Positions 1-7,693 of a DNA stretch of 64,000 nt are shown here, one piece after another; positions within the stretch are counted from its first letter, which is position 1; the number at the start of each line of letters is the position of its first letter. Below the pieces are notes generated by a model. The model was not told where the DNA came from. It made no database searches and saw nothing but the letters and a program-made list of their open reading frames with translations. Origin of the DNA: Vicinamibacterales bacterium (lineage in GTDB: Bacteria; Acidobacteriota; Vicinamibacteria; Vicinamibacterales; JAMQPK01); NCBI GenBank assembly GCA_963775345.1, contig CAVZIS010000006.1, positions 344,786 through 408,785 of the forward strand. The letters run 5' to 3'. The position numbers and the translations under genes were made by a program.

Positions 1-159
1 GTCGTCGCTTTTGTGCGCGACCGACGGTTACACGCGCGGGGTATCGGCTGGGTCGATGCGCACCTGCTGGCGTCCGCGCTCGTTGGGCGCTTGAAACTGT
101 GGACCGGCGATCCGCGCCTGGCGGCGGTGGCTCAGGAGCTGGGCATCGCGTACGACTGA
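1..159 (+). CDS. PIN-domain (VapC-like) toxin, C-terminal fragment entering from upstream
   Basis: Frame 1 is open from base 1 to TGA at 157-159. The translation ...RGIGWVDAHLLASALVGRLKLWTGDPRLAAVAQELGIAYD resembles the C-terminal part of PIN toxins. There is no start in the window. Confidence 0.45.
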   Translation, partial: VVAFVRDRRLHARGIGWVDAHLLASALVGRLKLWTGDPRLAAVAQELGIAYD

Positions 160-263
160 GCGATCGGCAGGATTGGGAACTGATAGACTGTGCGCTCAGT
201 TTCCACCCACCAATCGTCGCGCGGATGTAATCCCGTCACAGAATTCAACCGAGGAGGGCATGC

Positions 264-597
264 GTGGCACTCTCCCCCGGCGGCAGGCTTGGTCCGTATG
301 AAGTTCTGAGCGCACTCGGTGCGGGCGGAATGGGGACAGAAGACCAGGTCCTGATGGTGGCCGGCTACACGCTGGCAGGCGGCTCATTCGTTGCGGGCAA
401 GCCACGGTTATGGTCCCGAACACACCTCTTCGATACTGGTCTGAGTCAGAACTTTGGTCTTGCTCCTGACAGTCAACGATTCGCCGTGCTGATGCCCGGC
501 GGAGGGCCCCGAACCGGGAGCTCCCCAACTGCAGACGATGCTTGTCTTGAATTTCTTCGACGAAGTGCGACGGCGAGTGGCCGCTGGACGGGAATGA
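264..597 (+). pseudogene. Internally deleted Ser/Thr kinase relic (N-terminal glycine loop joined to extreme C-terminus, plus frameshift)
   Basis: MALSPGGRLGPYEVLSALGAGGMG matches the start of the intact kinase at 1499 (MALTSGTRVGPYEIVSALGSGGMG), but no catalytic domain follows. The next residues (FVAGKPRLW..APDSQRFAVLMP) look like the last blade of kinase-TolB proteins. After a frameshift near 510-535 the typical tail MLVLNFFDEVRRRVAAGRE* is read in another frame (TGA 595-597). Confidence 0.6.
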
Positions 598-649
598 GCG
601 GCAAGAAGCCAGAACGTGCGCGCGACCTATAATTCGGTGGTCGAATGAG

Positions 650-931
650 ATGACCGCTCCCGACGCACGATCGGTGCTCGCCTCCGACACCTCTGCAGCC
701 GCCGAAGAGGTACAGGTCCGCCGCTGGCGTGCCATGACCGTCGCCGACAAGGCTCGGCTCGTGACGGGGCTGTCGCAGACAGCCGACGCGATGGCGCTCG
801 CGGGCATCCGCCATCGGCATCCCACCGCATCGGCGCGCGAGTGTTTTCTCCGTTTAGCCGCCCTCAAGCTGGGCGTGGAGCTGGCCGTTCGCGCGTATCC
901 TGAAATCGCCAATCTCGCCGACCCGCTGTGA
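650..931 (+). CDS. Hypothetical 93-aa protein, translationally coupled to the downstream nucleotidyltransferase-fold gene
   Basis: ORF whose stop overlaps the next start (ATGA-type overlap at 928-931). I recognised no motif. Its position suggests the partner of a two-gene module. Confidence 0.4.
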   Translation: MTAPDARSVLASDTSAAAEEVQVRRWRAMTVADKARLVTGLSQTADAMALAGIRHRHPTASARECFLRLAALKLGVELAVRAYPEIANLADPL

Positions 932-1422
932 CGCAGGAAGTGGCCGACCCGCTTCGGGTGGCCGCACGAGTGGCCACGGTGCTCGAAGCCCTCGGCTTGC
1001 CATACTCGATCGGCGGCTCCGTAGCGAGCTCGTTCAGCGGTGAACCTCGGGCCACGCTCGATATCGACATGCTCGTGTCACTCGACGAATCGCACGTCGG
1101 GGCGCTCATCGCGGCGCTCCAGGATGAGTTCTATGTCGATCGCGATGCGCTCGCGCGCGCTGCACGCGACCACTCGTGCACCAATCTGATTCACCTGGGC
1201 ACATCGGTGAAGGTCGATCTGTTTGTCGCGGAAGACATCCTGCTGCAGAAGTTGCGCTGGTATCGGCTTGGCGGCGATGTGTCCGATCGGCAGTGGCGCG
1301 ACGTGTTGGGCATTGTTCGAGTGCAAGGTGTGCGGCTTGACCGTGAGTATCTCGACGAGGGTGCCAGGCGATTGGGCGTGGAGGCGCTGTTGGCGCGGGC
1401 ACTGCACGAGGGTGCGGCCTAG
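928..1422 (+). CDS. Minimal nucleotidyltransferase-fold protein (MNT/AbiEii-like)
   Basis: Pol-beta-type NTase signature G[GS]-x9-13-DxD is present: IGGSVASSFSGEPRATLDIDMLV. It is 164 aa and overlaps the upstream small ORF. Confidence 0.55.
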   Translation: MTQEVADPLRVAARVATVLEALGLPYSIGGSVASSFSGEPRATLDIDMLVSLDESHVGALIAALQDEFYVDRDALARAARDHSCTNLIHLGTSVKVDLFVAEDILLQKLRWYRLGGDVSDRQWRDVLGIVRVQGVRLDREYLDEGARRLGVEALLARALHEGAA

Positions 1423-1498
1423 TCGGTTCACGTCACAGGCGCCCACTCAGATGTAATCCGGCCGCGGCGACTTCCAGCCTCTATAATCCAGATACTCA

Positions 1499-4177
1499 AT
1501 GGCGCTTACCTCCGGCACCCGCGTGGGCCCGTACGAGATCGTCTCCGCCTTGGGATCGGGCGGGATGGGCGAGGTCTACAAGGCCCGCGATACGCGCCTC
1601 GATCGACCGGTCGCCATCAAGGTGCTGCCGAGTGAGGTTGCCTCTGATCCCGATCTGCGGGCACGCTTCGAGCGCGAGGCCCGCGCGGTCGCCGCGCTGG
1701 ACCATCCGCACATCTGCGGCATCTATGACGTCGGCGAGAGTCACGGCACGCACTACCTGGTCATGCCGCATCTCGAGGGCCAGACGCTGGCCGCTCGGCT
1801 CGAGAAAGGACCGCTCCCGCTCGATCAGGCCCTGAAAATCGCCACCGAGATCGCCGACGCGCTCGACAAGGCACACCGCCAGGGCATCATCCATCGCGAT
1901 TTGAAACCCGCGAACATCATGTTGACGAAGGCGGGGTCGAAGCTGCTCGACTTCGGCCTCGCGAAGTTGCGAGGGACGACGGGACCCATTTCGATGTCGG
2001 ACATGTCACGGCTCGCCACCCGCGCGCCAGAAACTGCGCACGGGATGATTCTCGGCACCGTGCAGTACATGGCGCCCGAGCAGGTCGAGGGCAAGGACGC
2101 CGACGCGCGCAGTGACATCTGGGCGCTCGGTGCCGTGATCTACGAGATGGTCACGGGCACACGGCCATTCCAAGGCGACACGCCCGCGAGCGTCATCGGC
2201 GCCATCCTCAAGGACGAGCCGCCTCCAGTTTCCTCCCGGCAGCCGTTGTCACCGCCGATGCTCGATCGCGTCGTCGCAGGGTGTTTCGAGAAGGACCCGG
2301 ATGCTCGATGGCGATCGGCTGGCGATCTTCTGCTGATGCTCAAATGGGTTGGCGATGGTCGGGTCGTTTCGACCGCGGCCTTGCCGCGTCGATCGTCTGG
2401 ACTTCGTGTGTGGCTGCCGCTCGCAGCAGCCGGCGTGCTGCTTATCGGCGTTCTCACGCTGCTGCCCGGATGGTGGGCACATCGTGGTGAAACGCCGCCC
2501 GCCGTGATTCAGCTTTCAGTGCTGCCGCCGCCGGGCACCACGCTCTCGAGTCCTCCGGCCTCTATCGTCGCACCGCAGCTTGCGATATCGCCCGACGGGC
2601 AGCGAGTCGCCTTTGTGGCAGAAGCGCCGCGCGGACGGCCAAGCCTGTGGGTCCGAACGCTGGGCGACTCGGAAGCGCAGCTGCTTCGTGGAACCGAGGA
2701 CGCGATTTATCCCTTCTGGAAGCCCGACAGCCGATCTCTCGGATTTTTCGCGCAGGGGAAGCTGAAAACGATCGAGATCGGAGGAGGGCAACCTCGAACC
2801 TTAAGCGATGCGCCGCTCGATTCACGGGGAGGTACCTGGGGCCCGGACGACACGATCCTATTCGCTCCAAATGCGATGAGCGGCATTTTCCGGATCGCCG
2901 CGAAAGAGGGCACGGCTTCGCAGGTGACGAAGTTCGATGCGTCGCGCGCCGAGAATTCGCATCGGTTCCCTTCGTTTCTGCCCGATGGAAAGCACTTCTT
3001 GTACACGACCCGAAGCGAGCGTCAGGAGCACTGGGGCGTCTCGATCGCCTCCCTGGATTCGCCAGTGGGAACGCCTTTGATCGATCGAACCGAGTGGAGC
3101 GCACAGTTTGCACCGCCCGGCTACATTCTTTTCGTACGAGCCGGAACCTTGATGGCGCAACCGTTCGATCTCGATCGCATGTCGACAACCGCGGAAGCTG
3201 TCGAGATTGCCAGCGACATCGGGGTGACCGCCACAGGCTATGCAGCGTTCTCGGCATCACACACCGTCATTGTGCACGCGAGGCATATCGGACTCCCGGG
3301 TGAGCTACGGTGGTTCGATCGGTCCGGTAACCATACAGGATCGGTCGGCACAACCGCCGAGTACCTCGATTTCGAGCTTTCGCCGGACGAGCGGACTGTT
3401 GCTGTCAGCCCTGTGGATCCCAAACTCAAATCGGCAGATGTCTGGTTACTTGATCTCGCGCGCAACGTTCCAACGAAATTTACCCGTGACCCCCAGAACG
3501 ACGCCAGCGCGTTGTGGTCGCCCGATGGCGGAAGCATTGTCTTCAGGAGCAACCGCCATGGATACTCGGAGCTCTACCGAAGACGATCGAGCGGGACCGA
3601 AGCTGAGCTGGCCATTCTGAGTAAAGAGGCTAATGTAGTAGGCAGCGATTGGTCATTGGACGGCAAATCCATCGTGTACACAAAGACTTCGTCAAGCTCC
3701 GGATTTGATATCTGGGTGTTGCCCACTGACGGCGACATGAAACCGCGGCTCGTCGTGCGTAGTGCTCTGAATGCCATGCACGGCCGCCTGTCACCCAATG
3801 GACGATGGCTGGCCTACGCGTCAGACGAATCCGGCGAGCTGCAGGTATATGTCCAGCCGTTTCCAACGACAGGGGATAAGCGGACGATTTCGCCGGACGG
3901 TGGATCCGAGCCGCGATGGCGGCGCGATGGCAACGAGCTCTTCTATCTCGCGCCCAGCAACAAGCTAATGAGCGTCCCGATACCTGGAGGCAGCGCGTTC
4001 GACTTCGGTACACCCAGGGCACTATTCGACGTCCACGTGCCGCTGACGGGAAATCCCTACCGCTCAAATTACACGGTCACCGCCAACGGTCAGCGATTCC
4101 TCATCAACACGCGGATCGAAGACACTCCGTCGCCCATCAACATCATCCTCAACTGGACTTCGCTCCTCAATAAGTGA
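1499..4177 (+). CDS. Ser/Thr protein kinase with TM segment and C-terminal TolB/PD40-like beta-propeller
   Basis: Hanks motifs are present: GSGGMGEVYKA, AIKVL, HRDLKPANIML, DFGLAK, MAPE. A hydrophobic segment (LPLAAAGVLLIGVLTLL) follows, then repeated SPDG/LPDG blades (ISPDGQRVAF, FLPDGKHFLY, WSPDGGSIVF, LSPNGRWLAY). The end is NIILNWTSLL. Confidence 0.93.
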   Translation: MALTSGTRVGPYEIVSALGSGGMGEVYKARDTRLDRPVAIKVLPSEVASDPDLRARFEREARAVAALDHPHICGIYDVGESHGTHYLVMPHLEGQTLAARLEKGPLPLDQALKIATEIADALDKAHRQGIIHRDLKPANIMLTKAGSKLLDFGLAKLRGTTGPISMSDMSRLATRAPETAHGMILGTVQYMAPEQVEGKDADARSDIWALGAVIYEMVTGTRPFQGDTPASVIGAILKDEPPPVSSRQPLSPPMLDRVVAGCFEKDPDARWRSAGDLLLMLKWVGDGRVVSTAALPRRSSGLRVWLPLAAAGVLLIGVLTLLPGWWAHRGETPPAVIQLSVLPPPGTTLSSPPASIVAPQLAISPDGQRVAFVAEAPRGRPSLWVRTLGDSEAQLLRGTEDAIYPFWKPDSRSLGFFAQGKLKTIEIGGGQPRTLSDAPLDSRGGTWGPDDTILFAPNAMSGIFRIAAKEGTASQVTKFDASRAENSHRFPSFLPDGKHFLYTTRSERQEHWGVSIASLDSPVGTPLIDRTEWSAQFAPPGYILFVRAGTLMAQPFDLDRMSTTAEAVEIASDIGVTATGYAAFSASHTVIVHARHIGLPGELRWFDRSGNHTGSVGTTAEYLDFELSPDERTVAVSPVDPKLKSADVWLLDLARNVPTKFTRDPQNDASALWSPDGGSIVFRSNRHGYSELYRRRSSGTEAELAILSKEANVVGSDWSLDGKSIVYTKTSSSSGFDIWVLPTDGDMKPRLVVRSALNAMHGRLSPNGRWLAYASDESGELQVYVQPFPTTGDKRTISPDGGSEPRWRRDGNELFYLAPSNKLMSVPIPGGSAFDFGTPRALFDVHVPLTGNPYRSNYTVTANGQRFLINTRIEDTPSPINIILNWTSLLNK

Positions 4178-4208
4178 AACGGTTGGCTTTGCGATCGACA
4201 AGAGCGCC

Positions 4209-5195
4209 TTATCGACTCCCCAGTCGCTCCAGCACCGCGGGGTTCACCACGTTGATTGGACGCCCCCCGGCGTACGCCACGATCTGATCGAAGACATCGG
4301 CAAACTGGATTTCGTATTCGTCTCTTGTGACATAGCCGATGTGCGGCGTGCAGACGACGGTGTCCATCGTGAGCAGCGGGTGGTTTGGATCGCGCAGCGG
4401 CTCTTCTTCGTAGACGTCGACCGCGGCCAGCCGGGGGCGTCCCTCACGCAGCGCGCGCACGAGAGCGCCCGGCTCGATGAGTTGAGCGCGGCTGGTGTTG
4501 ATCAACAGGGCGGTCGGCTTCATCCGCGAGAGGTCCGCCGCGGTAACGATGCCCCTGGTTTCCTGGACCAGTCGCAGGTGCAGCGACACGATGTCGCACT
4601 GTTCGTAGAATGTGTCCTTGCCCGGCGCGACGTCGTAACCGTCAGCCTTCGCACGCGCCAGGGACAGTTCACGCGCCCACACCACCACCTTCATCCCGAA
4701 CGCCTTTCCGTAGCCTGCAACGGTGCTGCCGATTCGTCCGTAGCCGTGGATTCCCAGGGTCCTGCCGCGCAGGGTGTTCCCGACGCCAATCTGCCAGTGC
4801 CCTGCCTGCAACGAGCGCATCTGCTGCGGAATCTGTCGCATGGCGGCCAGGATCAGCCCCCACGTGAGTTCCGCCGCTGCGTAGGACGGGGTGCCGGCGT
4901 GCTGGTCCGACGACACAATCACGCCGCGCCGGGTGCAGGCGTCGATATCGATGTGCGGATATACGCTGCGCTGGCTGATCAGTCTGAGCTTGTCCAAATG
5001 GTCGAGCAGCGGAGCTTGGATCTGCGTCCGCTCGCGGATGAGCACGAGTGCCTCCGTGTCTTTCAGGCGCTCGGCAAGCGCGTCGGTGTCCTGCACATGA
5101 TCATTCCAGACTTCGACCCGATGCCCGTCCAACTTCCGGAAACACGAAAGCGTCCTCAGTGTGTCGAAGTAGTCGTCGAGAATCGTGATCTTCAT
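4209..5195 (-). CDS. D-isomer-specific 2-hydroxyacid dehydrogenase family, NAD-binding
   Basis: 328 aa. Rossmann motif [23 protein letters not shown] is present, together with the conserved [10 protein letters not shown] and TPHIGY catalytic-region motifs of this family. Confidence 0.9.
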   Translation of the reverse strand: MKITILDDYFDTLRTLSCFRKLDGHRVEVWNDHVQDTDALAERLKDTEALVLIRERTQIQAPLLDHLDKLRLISQRSVYPHIDIDACTRRGVIVSSDQHAGTPSYAAAELTWGLILAAMRQIPQQMRSLQAGHWQIGVGNTLRGRTLGIHGYGRIGSTVAGYGKAFGMKVVVWARELSLARAKADGYDVAPGKDTFYEQCDIVSLHLRLVQETRGIVTAADLSRMKPTALLINTSRAQLIEPGALVRALREGRPRLAAVDVYEEEPLRDPNHPLLTMDTVVCTPHIGYVTRDEYEIQFADVFDQIVAYAGGRPINVVNPAVLERLGSR

Positions 5196-5288
5196 GACCC
5201 AGTTCCAAGACGGGGTGCCACCGGCGGCCGGTCGAGTTCAGCAGAATTCCACGCCGCTGCCTTCGGAGGTCAAGGAAAGCTTAGCTTT

Positions 5289-5594
5289 CTACTCAACGAT
5301 AGAGAACACCTCACGATAGCCCGACTCCACGAGCGGCGCCATCTTCTGATAGTTCGCCTGCCATTCCTTGTCACCGAACAGCTTGGGCACGTTGCTTTCA
5401 AAGGTCGCCAGAGTGGGCGCGGTGATCTCCAAAACCAGCGTGTAGAACGGCCCGGTGACATCGGTGAGGACGCGGGTGGAAAACTGCTGACCAGCCATCA
5501 CGCGATTGTGGACAGCCAGCCCTTCCTTCATGAGAGCGACGGCCTCGCGGGCTTTTCCGAATTTCAGTCGAAACACGTTGCGGATGACGATCAT
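5289..5594 (-). CDS. Small ferredoxin-like (NIPSNAP/dimeric alpha-beta-barrel type) protein
   Basis: 101-aa ORF on the same strand as, and upstream of, the dehydrogenase. Size and pattern (MIVIRNVFRLKFGK...YTLVLE...REVFSIVE) fit NIPSNAP-like proteins. The assignment is from memory of the family. Confidence 0.5.
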   Translation of the reverse strand: MIVIRNVFRLKFGKAREAVALMKEGLAVHNRVMAGQQFSTRVLTDVTGPFYTLVLEITAPTLATFESNVPKLFGDKEWQANYQKMAPLVESGYREVFSIVE

Positions 5595-5782
5595 GACGGC
5601 TCCTCTCGTCGGGCGGAATTGCCTTTTGGTAGACCATCCTAATTCAGATCAGGGTCATGCCGACCGACGTGCCGCTGATCGGAAATCCTGCGCTCCTCAA
5701 CAAGTGATCAACACCCTGCGCACTTCAGTTCGATTGATCGCCGAAACTCCGAGTCGTTAGCGTATAGTCGACTGAATTCGCA

Positions 5783-7492
5783 GTGTCGCTGAAAGCCGGC
5801 GCCCGCTTGGGACCGTACGAGATCCGCACGCCGCTCGCCGCGGGCGGAATGGGCGAAGTCTACAAAGCCCGCGACACGCGTCTCGATCGAACGGCTGCGT
5901 TCAAAATTCTGCTCACATTCGTTGCCGCGCTGCTGGCGGGGACGTTCACGCCTGTCTCCGCTCAAAAAGCAATTGACCTCGATTCGGCGACCATCGCCGA
6001 GGTCAACGCTGCGTTCAACGCCGGCACGCTCACGGCCGAGAAGCTGACGCAGATGTGCCTGGCGCGCATCGAGGCCTACGACAGGAAGGGTCCGCGCCTT
6101 CGCGCAGTGATTACCGTGAATCCCAAGGCGCTCGAAACAGCCCGAGCGCTCGATGGGGAGCGCAAGACCAAAGGACCGCGCTCACCGCTGCATGGCATCC
6201 CCGTCGTGCTGAAGGACAATTTCGACACCGCAGACATGGCAACCACCGGCGGCTCCGTTCTGCTCGAGGGCTCCGTCCCCAGTGATGATGCGTTCCTGGT
6301 AAAGAAACTTCGGGCGGCCGGGGCCATCATCGTCGCCAAAGCCAACATGTCCGAGTTTGCCTCCGGTTCCGCCCACAGCTCGCTGGGCGGGCAAATCCTG
6401 AATCCGCACGATCTGACGCGCACGCCATTGGGCTCGTCCGGCGGCACCGGCGTTGCTATTGCGTCGGCATATGCAATCGTGGGACTGGGCAGCGACACTG
6501 GTGGCTCGATTCGCAGTCCGTCCACGGCGAACGGCATTGTCGGTCTCAAGCCTACGCACGGATTGCTCAGCCGCGACGGCATCATCCCGCTCGCGCTGAC
6601 CTTCGACACCGGCGGCCCGATGGCGCGCAGCGTCTACGACGTCGCGGCCGCGCTCGGCGTGATGACGGGCGTAGACGCTGCCGATGCGGCGACAAAAAAG
6701 AGCGAGGGCCGTTTTGAAACCGACTATACGAAGTATCTCAAGGCGGACGCCCTGAAGGGCGCTCGCATCGGCATCGCACGCGACTTTCTCGGCCAGGACC
6801 CCGAGGCGGACTGGGTCGTGGACTCAGCGCTCGACGCCATGCGACGCGAAGGGGCGACGGTGGTGGATGTGCGGCTTCCCAAATGGCTCCTCGACGCAAA
6901 GGGTGAGTTCTACAACGCCATCCGGTATCCGGAATTCAGAGCGCAGATTGCCAACTATCTCGCTACCATCGGCCCTGGCTACCCGAAGACCCTCGATCAG
7001 CTCATCGAACGCGCCACCCGCATGAACGCTCTGCGTGCCGATGGCGCAGGTCCGAACCCGGGCCGGTGGGGAGTGATGAGGCGCGAGGCTGGGAGCGGAA
7101 CGCTGGACGACTACCGCTACACGTCGGTCCGTGATCACGCGCTGCCGATGGTGCGTGCAGTCATCGATGGCATCTTCGCTGCGGAAAAGCTCGACGCTAT
7201 CGTCTATCCGACATCGCCGCGCCGGCCGCCGCTCATCACAGCGCCGCCCGAGGTCCCCGGGGGCGGGCCCGCGTCCCCTACCAACATCGCCAACCTCACG
7301 GGCTTCCCCGATCTCATCGTGCCGGCGGGATTCACGGGAGATGATCTGCCGGTGGGACTCTCGTTCCTGGGTCCGGCCTTCAGTGAAGGGAAGCTGCTGG
7401 CGCTCGGTTACAGCTTCGAGAAGGCCACACGCGCGCGACGACTGCCAGTGCACACGCCGCGACTGCAAGACGAGAGCATCACGGTCCCATAG
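5783..7492 (+). CDS. Amidase (amidase-signature family) with chimeric N-terminus copied from a Ser/Thr kinase 5' end
   Basis: AS-family motifs: GIPVVLKDNFD, TTGGS, LGSSGGTG, GSDTGGSIRSPS. The first about 38 codons (GTG start) read LGPYEIRTPLAAGGMGEVYKARDTRLDR, a kinase glycine loop plus Lys. A signal-like h-region LLTFVAALLAGTFTPVSAQ follows. Confidence 0.88.
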   Translation: MSLKAGARLGPYEIRTPLAAGGMGEVYKARDTRLDRTAAFKILLTFVAALLAGTFTPVSAQKAIDLDSATIAEVNAAFNAGTLTAEKLTQMCLARIEAYDRKGPRLRAVITVNPKALETARALDGERKTKGPRSPLHGIPVVLKDNFDTADMATTGGSVLLEGSVPSDDAFLVKKLRAAGAIIVAKANMSEFASGSAHSSLGGQILNPHDLTRTPLGSSGGTGVAIASAYAIVGLGSDTGGSIRSPSTANGIVGLKPTHGLLSRDGIIPLALTFDTGGPMARSVYDVAAALGVMTGVDAADAATKKSEGRFETDYTKYLKADALKGARIGIARDFLGQDPEADWVVDSALDAMRREGATVVDVRLPKWLLDAKGEFYNAIRYPEFRAQIANYLATIGPGYPKTLDQLIERATRMNALRADGAGPNPGRWGVMRREAGSGTLDDYRYTSVRDHALPMVRAVIDGIFAAEKLDAIVYPTSPRRPPLITAPPEVPGGGPASPTNIANLTGFPDLIVPAGFTGDDLPVGLSFLGPAFSEGKLLALGYSFEKATRARRLPVHTPRLQDESITVP

Positions 7493-7511
7493 GGTTCAAC
7501 AACCGCTTTCA

Positions 7512-7570
7512 GGTTCCCGGTTCCAAGTTCCAAGTTCCAAGTTCCGGTTCGGGTTCCGCGTTCCGGGTCC
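7512..7570. repeat. GGTTCC-type simple tandem repeat array
   Basis: ggttcccggttccaagttccaagttccaagttccggttcgggttccgcgttccgggtcc lies directly after the amidase stop. The same motif family recurs at 54634-54672 and, inverted, within 53494-53674. Confidence 0.85.
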
Positions 7571-7604
7571 CTCTCCTGCCGCATCATTGAAGCCGCGCCG
7601 GGCC

Positions 7605-7638
7605 AAAAAAAGGGGCAGGGAAGCTTGCTCCCCGCCCC
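7605..7638 (-). terminator. Rho-independent-type terminator for the minus-strand TBDR
   Basis: GC-rich hairpin GGGGCAGGGAAGCTTGCTCCCCGCCCC. On the minus strand it is followed by a run of 7 T (complement of A 7605-7611). Confidence 0.6.
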
Positions 7639-7693
7639 TTCGTGGATCTTCGTGCTCTTCGTGGACCTTCGTGTCCTTCGTGGATCTTCGTGT
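7638..7693. repeat. CTTCGTGGA-type 9-nt tandem repeat (about 6 units)
   Basis: cttcgtggat cttcgtgct cttcgtggac cttcgtgtc cttcgtggat cttcgtgtt lies between the TBDR stop (7694-7696) and its terminator hairpin. The same family recurs at 62408-62442. Confidence 0.85.

Noticed and set aside
4341-5642. 433-aa ORF on the + strand
   Set aside because: It is antisense to two well-supported minus-strand genes (dehydrogenase and the small barrel protein). Its composition is Arg/Gly/Ala/Pro-rich with no motifs. This is a typical shadow ORF of high-GC DNA.
7512-7693. Possible CRISPR array. The same question applies to 12847, 16296, 18048, 53494, 54634, 55913 and 62408.
   Set aside because: The units are 6-9 nt and directly adjacent with no unique spacers, and the arrays are under 200 nt. 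There are no 25-40-nt repeats and no cas genes. These are simple tandem repeats.
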